DNA of 54,903 nucleotides from a virus (Duplodnaviria; Caudoviricetes): IMG/VR virus record IMGVR_UViG_3300005611_000036, positions 1 to 54,903 of that record; one strand, 5' to 3'. Shown piece by piece: positions 47,215 to 54,903 of this stretch (position 1 is its first letter; each line of letters starts with the position of its first letter). The notes under the pieces were generated by a model. It saw only the letters and a program-made list of their open reading frames with translations, ran no database searches and was not told where the DNA came from. The position numbers and the translations under genes were made by a program.

Positions 47215-50200
47215 ATGTTTGAATTTAATGGAAACCAGTATTCATTAGAAGAAGTTACTTCTGCCGCACAAGAAGCTAATTTATCAATAGATGAATATGT
47301 AAAAAAATTTGGCTTAAAAACTATTGAGCCGGGAAAGACAACACCCACGACTCCGGATGCGGTTGTGGAGGAAACTGCAGCATCCGATCAACCGAGTATG
47401 GAATTAGATTCGGCAGGTACTTCATCGGAATTACAAAAAATTGAATATATAAGAGACGGCAAAGGTGGGTTTATTCCTAAGCCAATTCAGCCAGATATAG
47501 ATATTTCTTTACTACCAGAAACTTCTGAACCCGCTACAGATGAAGAAATAGAACAATTTGCATTAGAAGTTAGAAAAGATAAAGAGGCTTTTATTGAGGG
47601 AGAAATTAATAAATTAAGGCAAAGCCCCAAGCAAAATAAAATTATAAACTCTTTGGATAATATGGCCGCCCGTATATCAGGGTTTGATGAACAATTAAAT
47701 ATTACTTCTACTAAAATAGCTCAAAAAATTTTTGGTGTTGAAGCAATGAATAAATTTCTTAATAATCCAGATATTGATGATTTTTGGAAAATAGGTTTTC
47801 GAGATGAAGATATAGAAAATGCTGTTTTAGAATTAGAAAAAATAGAAAAAGCTAGCTCAATCCGTGAAACAGGCAGCTTTTACAGGGGATTAAAAAAGGG
47901 AGACATTAAAGAAATGGGAGCCGGTATTTTTGATATTATTACTAGCTTCGGAGCAAGCGCGCTTACTGCCGGTCCTTTTGGAATAGGGCTTTTAAATACT
48001 TTTTTTGCAGATAGTTTTGTAAATATAAATACAAAAAGAGCAAAAGAATTAGGGGTTGATAGAATTGATTTTATACAAAGCGATCAAGCAGACTTTTACT
48101 CACCGTTAGTAATAGGAGGTTTAAGCGGGCTTGCCGAAAAATTTGGTATTAAAGGGGTTAGCCAGGCAATTTCAGGAATAAAATCCGGGGTTATTAAAAA
48201 AATTACAGGTAGATTATCAGCAGGGGGAAAAGAAGGAGTAACAGAATGGTTACAAGGGTTATTAGAAAGCGCAGAAGAGCCTTTAGCAAAAAGAAAGTCA
48301 AATAAATTAAATAAAGAAATAGTTAGTGAAATATCAAATTCAATTGAAAATTATGTTTTTAGCGAACAAGCATTAGAAAGTTTTTTATCAGGATTTGTAG
48401 GCGGTGGAATTATATCAACAGGCCTTACGGCTAGCAAGGAAGAAGCGGTGGCAATGATAGCCGGCGCTGCAACCGCGCTTGCTCCAGAACAAGAAGCTAT
48501 TTTAGCGGGTTCACTTTCTTTGGCGCAAATACGAAGCGCATCGGCTAAATTAAGAAATGAAAAAGATATTAATTTAATAAATAAAAAAGTTGATGAAATT
48601 ACTACGTTAAAAAAAGAAAAATTAAATTCTGTAGACAAAGAGATTTTAACTGCTATAGATCAATCTATAAATAATAGAAAAAAAGAAATATCTGAAATAA
48701 TTAAAAAAAGTAACTCAGAAATAAATTTAATTTCTGAAAAAGATTTAAAAACTTTATCTAATCTGCCCGATTTAGCTAAACAATTTAATGAAAAATTATC
48801 AACTTTAAATAAAAAATATCGTATAGATAAAACTATAACAAAAAAAGAATTTGATATAGCAAGAGAAGCTTATAAAGAACAATATTTAACAATAAAAAAA
48901 GAAATAGAAACTAAAGTTAATGATATATCACAAAAAAATTTAAATATATCTTCAGAAAATGAGCGCCTTATAAGTATTATTAAAAACCCTGAAAGTTCTG
49001 AAATAGCAATACAAAAAGCAAAAAATGATATTGTTAAAAACAACGAAGGACTTGTAAATAAATTAATCAATTCTGTTTATAATCCACAAATACAATCTGG
49101 ATTAACAAAAGAAGATGTATCGGGTAAAGCATATGCTGAAGTTGCTGCTCTTATAAACTCTTATAAGCCTGATTCTAAAGTTCCTTTTGGGGCATACCTG
49201 AAACAAAACTTATTAAAACGTGTACCTAGCTTTTTTGAAATTGTTGAAACAAAAGACGGCGAAATAATAGGTAAAGTTGATGTTACTGAGCAAAGGTCTT
49301 TAGCTGATGATTTAGATGTTGAGCTTAGCGCAGATATTGCTACAGAAGGCACGACCGCCCAACAAAATAAAGTTAGAGAAGCTGTTGGTGTAACACAGGA
49401 GCAATCTGTTGATATAGGTAAAAAAATATTAAGAGGTAAATTACCCGGCATTACAGAAAGAATTAAAGGCAAACAAAAAGGGTTTTTATCAGCAATCCGC
49501 AAAGCTGCTAAAACAGCATTAACAACAGACATGCTGAACGCTATTGGTGGCAACTTTACAGAAAAAGAAGCTCAGATCAGTGATTACACTAGTATGTTAG
49601 ATATTCTATATGAAGATTTAGTTAATAATATTCCAAACGAATATAAAAACGTACAGTTTGCAGATTTATTTAAACCTGTAAAAGTTGGTAGAGCAAAAAC
49701 AGCTGTGGGTGAAGATATATTTGAATATACAATGCCAACTAAAGAAGAATTTATTGACTTCTTTACCAACTTAAATCACCCCACAATTACAGCAACAAGT
49801 GAGGCTGGTAAATATAATCAGCTTAGGGCTAGAAAAGTCCGTATAGCAGAAGCATTAGCTGAAGTTGTTGGGACAAGGGGTGTAAGAGAAGCTTTGGAGT
49901 TAGACGAAAGCATTGAAAAAGAATTTAAAGAAAGACAAGATCTTTTAGATAAAGAAATACCAGACGCACCTGGTGCTAGAATTATTGAACAGATTGATTC
50001 TTGGATTGAACAATGGGATACTTTAAAGCCAGAGCCAGGCGAATTACGAGCCACTTTTGGTGTTATTGAACTTTTTCACGGGGCTGGTAAACTATTTTTA
50101 CAATCGGTTAGAGCTTCTGTAAAAGCTGGTATTAAATTTAGTGAAGCTGTAAAAAAAGCAATAAAAGAGGTTCAAAACTATTTAAATAAACAAAACGCTA

Positions 50201-53200
50201 CTGAATTAGAAAAAGAACAAATAGTAGATGTTTTACAAACTACGCAAGAAAAAGATTTAAACATCAAAGCATCTGTTTTTTATAAAAATGCTAAACAACG
50301 ATTAGAAGGAAACGTTAAAAAACGTATTTTTGAAAAATATTTGCCTTCATTAAAAAAAGAAATTAAAAATATTTTTGAATTAGATATTCCTAATAATGAA
50401 AAATTATTTAAATTAAATGAAATTTTATTACGGGATCTTTTTGCTATTAGAAACACATTTGAGAAAAATGACGGTTATAACCTAAACAGGAACGATCTTA
50501 TTGTTGAAAACCTCATTAAACCTCTTATGCCGGCTAACCTGCGCAAATTTGTTAAAATACAGAACAGATCAATAAAAATTGAAGGAGTAGGTGAGCTGCA
50601 ATATTTAGATTTTTCTTTGCCTAATGATACACCAGTTAGGAAATCTATTATAAGAAGCGAACTTAAAAAAGAAGATAATATTGAAGATTCTTTTAAACAA
50701 ATGGCTGAAAAACATAAAGAGTATGCTATTAAATTTAAAAATCTTGTGCTGTCTAAATTAGAAGAATTTAAAGCTAATAATGACATAGAAGGTGCTCAAT
50801 CATTTTTACAAATGCAAGGTAAAAATATGAAAACGGCCGGTAAAAGTATGTTTCCATTGCGGCTTTTAGTTGTAGATAAAAACAATAAATTACCTAAAAA
50901 ATTAATACCCGAACATAACCCACCGTATAACGATGCCGAGCAACTAATGCTTCGATATGTTTCGGGAGATATATCATTAGCTGAATTAAATAATGCTTTA
51001 GATAATTTTAGTATAGATTTGTTAGACTCTGAATTAGCAAAAATATATAATAAAACAATGAATAGCACAATGGGCGAGGGCTATGATTTTAGTAAGGACC
51101 CTAAAAATGTTAGATACGGTTCTAAAGAATATCAAGATGCTTTAAAAGAAAATGGTCAAAGATTAATAGATCTAAAAGAACAACAAGCAGCGGAAAATAC
51201 AAAACAAGAATTTAATTCTATTGTTAATCAGGCCACTGGTATTGACTCTGAAATAAGCGGATCTAGAGCAGAAGCGCTCGCTAAAAATAAAAATAGGTTA
51301 AAATTATTACCGCCGTCTGCAGATGATTTTGCGGGGCTTCTTTATTATTTAGCAGGTAAAGGAAAAAAAGGGGCGGCAGATTTAGCATTTTTTAAGAAAA
51401 CATTTTTAGACCCATTTGCAAAAGCAATGGTAAAATTTGATGCTTCTAAACAAGAAACGTTAAAACAATATAACGGGCTTAAAAAATTAATTAGAAAAAC
51501 GCCGGCTAAGCTTTCAAAACAAAATTCTACCGGGTTTACAAATGAAACTTCTATTCGAATATATATATGGAATAAATTAGGATATACAATACCTGATATT
51601 ACCAAACAAGAAATAAAAGATTCGGCAGAGTTGGTTGCTAAAAATAAAAACCTATTAGAATTTGCTAAGAATATAATTAATATATCTGTTTTAGGATATG
51701 CAGAGCCAGACGCAGGCTGGACGGCAGGAACTATAACAACTGATTTACTTACCTATGTAAACGAAAAAGCCAGAGCTGAATTCTTAACAGAATGGCAAGC
51801 TAATATAGATGCTACATTTACAAAAGAAAATATAAACAAGTTAAAAGCGACATTTGGTGATAATTATACAGAAGCATTAGAAGATATATTATATCGCATG
51901 AAAACTGGCCGTAGGCGCCCTATGGGCAATAATAAGCTTACTAATAACTTTTTTAATTGGATAAGCGACTCAGTTGGCGCAATTATGTTTTTTAATACAA
52001 GATCTGCATTATTACAACAAATATCATTTACAAACTTTTTAAACTTTGAGGATAATAATCCTATTGCTGCGGCGGCAGCTTTTGCAAACCAAAAACAATT
52101 TTGGAAAGATTATGCAACTTTATTCAATTCTGATTATTTAAAGCAAAGAAGATCTGGCGTTAAAACAGATGTTAATGCAGATGAAATTGCAAAAAAAGTA
52201 GAGCAAGGCGGCAATATATATAGAAATACTATTGCAGTATTGCTTAAAAAAGGATTTTTGCCAACACAAATAGCAGACTCTCATGCAATTTCTATAGGCG
52301 GCGCGAGTTTTTATAGAAATAGAATTAACAGATATATAAAAGAAGGCTTTACTAAAAAAGAAGCAGAAGAAAAAGCGTTTATTGATTTTCAAGAAGCATC
52401 GGAAGAAACACAGCAGTCTTCTCGCCCTGATCGTATATCAATGCAGCAAGCAAGCCCCTTAGGTAGAATTGTTTTAAATTTTGGTAATGTATTGATGCAA
52501 TATAATAGAAAAGCTTTAAAAGATATTAAAGATATTATTGCTAAAAGACCGTTACCCGGGAAAACCATAGGTGAGAGCAATATGACTAGAATACCTAGAA
52601 TATTATATTACTTGGCTTTGCAAAACATAGCGTTTAATGCACTACAATCTGCGCTATTTGCTTTAGCGTTTAGTGATGAGGAAGAGGAAGAAGAAAAAAA
52701 TAAATATTTTAGAATAGCAAATGGCACTGCTGATGGTATATTAAGAGGTCTAGGATTTGGCGGAGCGGCAATTTCTGTTGGTAAAAATATGGTGCTTGAA
52801 GCTATTAAACAATACGAAAGTGGTAGACCAAATTACGAAAAAGTTGGTACAAAAATATTAAGCATATCGCCCCCGGTTGATTCAAAAATAAGGAAATTAC
52901 AAGCAGCAGGCCGCGCTTTTACATATAGACAAACAAGAGAAAAAATGATTACAGAGGGCTTAAGTTTAGAAAACCCTGCTTTTGAAGCTGTAGGGCAAGC
53001 AGTATCTGGATTAACAAATATACCAGCTGATAGAGTTATTAGAAAAATGGATAACTTATCTACCGCCGCGACCCAAGATATTGAAACCTGGCAAGCTATA
53101 TCACTAGCTCTTGGTTATTCTAAATGGGATGTTGGGCTTATAGAATCGCAGGCTAAAAAACCTAAAAAATCTGCTACCGGCTTAAAAACTAAAAAACTTA

Positions 53201-53220
53201 AAACTAAAAAACTGAAGTGA
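47215..53220 (+). CDS. 2001-aa putative internal virion/ejection protein with embedded sigma-70 region-2-like domain
   Basis: Last and largest gene of the structural block; G/A-rich hydrophobic segments; sigma-like segment at about aa 579-674. Confidence 0.7.
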   Translation: MFEFNGNQYSLEEVTSAAQEANLSIDEYVKKFGLKTIEPGKTTPTTPDAVVEETAASDQPSMELDSAGTSSELQKIEYIRDGKGGFIPKPIQPDIDISLLPETSEPATDEEIEQFALEVRKDKEAFIEGEINKLRQSPKQNKIINSLDNMAARISGFDEQLNITSTKIAQKIFGVEAMNKFLNNPDIDDFWKIGFRDEDIENAVLELEKIEKASSIRETGSFYRGLKKGDIKEMGAGIFDIITSFGASALTAGPFGIGLLNTFFADSFVNINTKRAKELGVDRIDFIQSDQADFYSPLVIGGLSGLAEKFGIKGVSQAISGIKSGVIKKITGRLSAGGKEGVTEWLQGLLESAEEPLAKRKSNKLNKEIVSEISNSIENYVFSEQALESFLSGFVGGGIISTGLTASKEEAVAMIAGAATALAPEQEAILAGSLSLAQIRSASAKLRNEKDINLINKKVDEITTLKKEKLNSVDKEILTAIDQSINNRKKEISEIIKKSNSEINLISEKDLKTLSNLPDLAKQFNEKLSTLNKKYRIDKTITKKEFDIAREAYKEQYLTIKKEIETKVNDISQKNLNISSENERLISIIKNPESSEIAIQKAKNDIVKNNEGLVNKLINSVYNPQIQSGLTKEDVSGKAYAEVAALINSYKPDSKVPFGAYLKQNLLKRVPSFFEIVETKDGEIIGKVDVTEQRSLADDLDVELSADIATEGTTAQQNKVREAVGVTQEQSVDIGKKILRGKLPGITERIKGKQKGFLSAIRKAAKTALTTDMLNAIGGNFTEKEAQISDYTSMLDILYEDLVNNIPNEYKNVQFADLFKPVKVGRAKTAVGEDIFEYTMPTKEEFIDFFTNLNHPTITATSEAGKYNQLRARKVRIAEALAEVVGTRGVREALELDESIEKEFKERQDLLDKEIPDAPGARIIEQIDSWIEQWDTLKPEPGELRATFGVIELFHGAGKLFLQSVRASVKAGIKFSEAVKKAIKEVQNYLNKQNATELEKEQIVDVLQTTQEKDLNIKASVFYKNAKQRLEGNVKKRIFEKYLPSLKKEIKNIFELDIPNNEKLFKLNEILLRDLFAIRNTFEKNDGYNLNRNDLIVENLIKPLMPANLRKFVKIQNRSIKIEGVGELQYLDFSLPNDTPVRKSIIRSELKKEDNIEDSFKQMAEKHKEYAIKFKNLVLSKLEEFKANNDIEGAQSFLQMQGKNMKTAGKSMFPLRLLVVDKNNKLPKKLIPEHNPPYNDAEQLMLRYVSGDISLAELNNALDNFSIDLLDSELAKIYNKTMNSTMGEGYDFSKDPKNVRYGSKEYQDALKENGQRLIDLKEQQAAENTKQEFNSIVNQATGIDSEISGSRAEALAKNKNRLKLLPPSADDFAGLLYYLAGKGKKGAADLAFFKKTFLDPFAKAMVKFDASKQETLKQYNGLKKLIRKTPAKLSKQNSTGFTNETSIRIYIWNKLGYTIPDITKQEIKDSAELVAKNKNLLEFAKNIINISVLGYAEPDAGWTAGTITTDLLTYVNEKARAEFLTEWQANIDATFTKENINKLKATFGDNYTEALEDILYRMKTGRRRPMGNNKLTNNFFNWISDSVGAIMFFNTRSALLQQISFTNFLNFEDNNPIAAAAAFANQKQFWKDYATLFNSDYLKQRRSGVKTDVNADEIAKKVEQGGNIYRNTIAVLLKKGFLPTQIADSHAISIGGASFYRNRINRYIKEGFTKKEAEEKAFIDFQEASEETQQSSRPDRISMQQASPLGRIVLNFGNVLMQYNRKALKDIKDIIAKRPLPGKTIGESNMTRIPRILYYLALQNIAFNALQSALFALAFSDEEEEEEKNKYFRIANGTADGILRGLGFGGAAISVGKNMVLEAIKQYESGRPNYEKVGTKILSISPPVDSKIRKLQAAGRAFTYRQTREKMITEGLSLENPAFEAVGQAVSGLTNIPADRVIRKMDNLSTAATQDIETWQAISLALGYSKWDVGLIESQAKKPKKSATGLKTKKLKTKKLK

Positions 53221-53354
53221 TGGCAAAAGACGCATGTTATAAAAAAGTAAAAGCACGTTACCGTGTATTCCCATCTGCCTACGCAAGCGGAGCAATAGCA
53301 AAGTGTCGCAAAGTTGGTGCTAAAAATTGGGGAAATAAATCTAAAAAGAAATAA
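53220..53354 (+). CDS. 44-aa basic protein
   Basis: MAKDACYKKVKARYRVFPSAYASGAIAKCRKVGAKNWGNKSKKK; TGATG coupling. Confidence 0.7.
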   Translation: MAKDACYKKVKARYRVFPSAYASGAIAKCRKVGAKNWGNKSKKK

Positions 53355-53358
53355 ATTA

Positions 53359-53373
53359 CGTAATCACTTATAA
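53359..53373 (+). promoter_or_regulatory. Class-II promoter candidate, CGTAAT-N9-ATG
   Basis: 9 nt before ATG 53374. Confidence 0.55.
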
Positions 53374-53649
53374 ATGGCAGTACGTAAAACAAAAAAAGGA
53401 GCAAGCCTTAAACGTTGGTTTAAAGAAGAATGGATTGATGTCCGTACAGGCAAGCCTTGTGGTAGACGTGCTGGCGAAAAACGAGGTGTGCCATATTGCC
53501 GCCCTAAAAAACGTATATCTAATGAAACCCCCAAGACCGCGTCCGAAATGTCGGCTAAAGAAAAAGCCGCTAAAATTACTGAAAAGAAAAGACTAGGACA
53601 ACCAAAAGGAAAACCGCGAAGAGTTAAATCTGTAAAAAGAAAAAAATGA
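53374..53649 (+). CDS. Small basic phage protein
   Basis: LKRWFKEEW..KPCGR..PYCRP..TPKTASEM. Confidence 0.7.
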   Translation: MAVRKTKKGASLKRWFKEEWIDVRTGKPCGRRAGEKRGVPYCRPKKRISNETPKTASEMSAKEKAAKITEKKRLGQPKGKPRRVKSVKRKK

Positions 53650-53801
53650 GTCTTTCAGAAATTAGATTATACATTATTAATTTAGGGACATTAGGTGTTA
53701 CCACTTTTGCGCAAATAGAAATGACATTAAAAATATTATTATTGTTAGTTACTATCGGTTATACTGTAACAAAGTGGTTAGACCTTAAAAACAAAAAGTA
53801 A
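53646..53801 (+). CDS. 51-aa membrane protein, holin candidate
   Basis: MSLSEIRLYIINLGTLGVTTFAQIEMTLKILLLLVTIGYTVTKWLDLKNKK; just upstream of the endolysin. Confidence 0.6.
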   Translation: MSLSEIRLYIINLGTLGVTTFAQIEMTLKILLLLVTIGYTVTKWLDLKNKK

Positions 53802-53840
53802 AAGAGCTAGAAGGTTGTTTAAACGAATAAATTTAATTAA

Positions 53841-54302
53841 ATGAGTAAAATTAGCAAGCATATAAGCCTGCGCGAAGCAATCGAATCTTATACGGCAAAA
53901 AGAAAAGGTATAGAAAATATACCAAGCGCATATGAGCTTACCAACATGGTGGGCGTGGCTGAGAATGTATTCGAGCCGCTACGCAAATGGGTTGGAGGCC
54001 CTATAAAAATAAATTCATTTTACAGATCACCTGAATTAAATAAAGCGATTGGTGGAAGTTCCAAATCGCAACATTGTCAAGGCAGAGCAATTGATATTGA
54101 TGATGTATATGGTCATAAGACTAATGCAGAAATGTATAATTACATTAAAAATAATTTAGATTTTGATCAGCTTATATGGGAATTTGGTACAGATAAAAAT
54201 CCTGATTGGGTGCATGTAAGTTACGTATCACCTGATGAAAACCGCAGGCGATGTTTAAAAGCCGAACGAACAAAAAACAAAACAGTGTATAGCATAATAT
54301 AA
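53841..54302 (+). CDS. Endolysin, peptidase M15A family
   Basis: INSFYRSPELNKAIGGS..SQHCQGRAIDI..FDQLIWE..WVHVSY. Confidence 0.9.
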   Translation: MSKISKHISLREAIESYTAKRKGIENIPSAYELTNMVGVAENVFEPLRKWVGGPIKINSFYRSPELNKAIGGSSKSQHCQGRAIDIDDVYGHKTNAEMYNYIKNNLDFDQLIWEFGTDKNPDWVHVSYVSPDENRRRCLKAERTKNKTVYSII

Positions 54303-54303
54303 T

Positions 54304-54549
54304 ATGTCTGATATAAATAATTTTTTATCAAAAAACTGGACTATTGTAGTTTGGTTTGTTGCAGCTGTATTTGCAGCAGGAGGTATTTACAGCGAGTTTG
54401 CTTCTTTAAAAAATCAAGTAATTGTTTTAGAAGATCGTCTTGGAAAAAAAATTCAAATAATAAATCAACTTGAAACAAGAGTAATCCAGCTCGAAAAAGA
54501 TATAGAATACGAGAAAGGATATTTACAAGGAAAAAAAGAGGGTAGCTGA
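54304..54549 (+). CDS. Membrane-anchored coiled-coil protein (spanin/lysis accessory candidate)
   Basis: N-terminal transmembrane helix plus heptads; follows the endolysin. Confidence 0.5.
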   Translation: MSDINNFLSKNWTIVVWFVAAVFAAGGIYSEFASLKNQVIVLEDRLGKKIQIINQLETRVIQLEKDIEYEKGYLQGKKEGS

Positions 54550-54568
54550 AAAGCCACCCTTTTTTATT
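54532..54568. terminator. Bidirectional terminator between the convergent arms
   Basis: A-tract, GGGTAGCT-GAAA-AGCCACCC hairpin, T-tract. Confidence 0.75.
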
Positions 54569-54903
54569 TACCCGTCACAGCTCAAACAATCTGGATCCAT
54601 TGCTTTAGCAGCAATATCACCTCTTAGCACCGATTCAGTTCTCATGTAATATAGCGTTTTAACACCTTTCTTCCAAGCATCTAAATGCACTTGATTAATC
54701 CACTTAGGCGAAGCCTCAGATGGGAATGCTAGGTTAAGCGATACAGATTGATCAACATACTGCTGTCTGATACCGGCTTGATTAACCAGCTCTAATTGGT
54801 TTATTTCTTTAAAGGTTTTAAACACATCTTTAACTGTATCAAAGCCCGTTAAATCAAGCGATTCTTGCTCTGAAATACGTACAAGCTTTTTATTCACATA
54901 TCC
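54568..54903 (-). CDS. nrdA: Ribonucleotide reductase class I alpha subunit, C-terminal fragment
   Basis: VFKTFKEI, RQQYVDQSVSLNL, AWKKGVKTLYYMR, terminal CLSCDG; runs off the window. Confidence 0.92.
   Translation of the reverse strand, partial: GYVNKKLVRISEQESLDLTGFDTVKDVFKTFKEINQLELVNQAGIRQQYVDQSVSLNLAFPSEASPKWINQVHLDAWKKGVKTLYYMRTESVLRGDIAAKAMDPDCLSCDG

Noticed and set aside
547-52580. Many antisense or nested ORFs in the track (e.g. 547-744, 13511-14062, 17618-18046, 25771-26190, 49161-49553)
   Set aside because: They are shadows of well-supported genes on the other strand or frame and carry no motifs
47215-53220. Virion RNA polymerase as in crAss-like phages or N4
   Set aside because: No DxDGD/DFDID-type catalytic motif found by eye; only the sigma-like segment is recognisable
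1-54903. Stop-codon reassignment as in some crAss-like phages
   Set aside because: Genes are long and tightly packed in the standard code, and TAA, TAG and TGA all end genes

Overview
Most of the genome of a lytic tailed dsDNA phage. The AT-rich, Shine-Dalgarno-free starts, GroEL/GroES genes, crAss-like head/tail gene order and GNVGIGT-repeat fibres suggest a Bacteroidota (flavobacterial-type) podovirus-like phage; this is inferred. The left arm (1-12.1 kb, minus strand) holds replication, recombination and transcription genes: T7 gp4/Twinkle-like primase-helicase, SSB, RecE-like nuclease, ERF, a sigma-70-family factor, a DnaA-domain-IV-like protein, a DksA/TraR-like zinc finger and many tiny early ORFs. 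Eleven copies of a fixed-length 32-bp promoter-like motif punctuate this arm. The right arm (12.5-54.5 kb, plus strand) holds chaperonins, small basic proteins, holin, tail fibres, terminase, portal, scaffold, capsid, tail and ejection proteins and the lysis genes, and converges on a ribonucleotide reductase alpha fragment. Best leads: (1) a sigma-70 region-2-like domain inside the 2001-aa putative ejection protein, possibly an injected sigma that reads the non-canonical early promoters; (2) a second promoter class, YGTAAT-N9-ATG; (3) DnaA-box-like TGCTATACAC repeats together with a phage mini-DnaA; (4) three spaced dyads, one on the start of an HTH gene; (5) nucleotide-conserved junctions in the modular tail fibres. 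A 77-bp exact tandem duplication that splits a tail fibre gene is probably an assembly artefact. All product calls come from motif recognition by eye; no searches were run.
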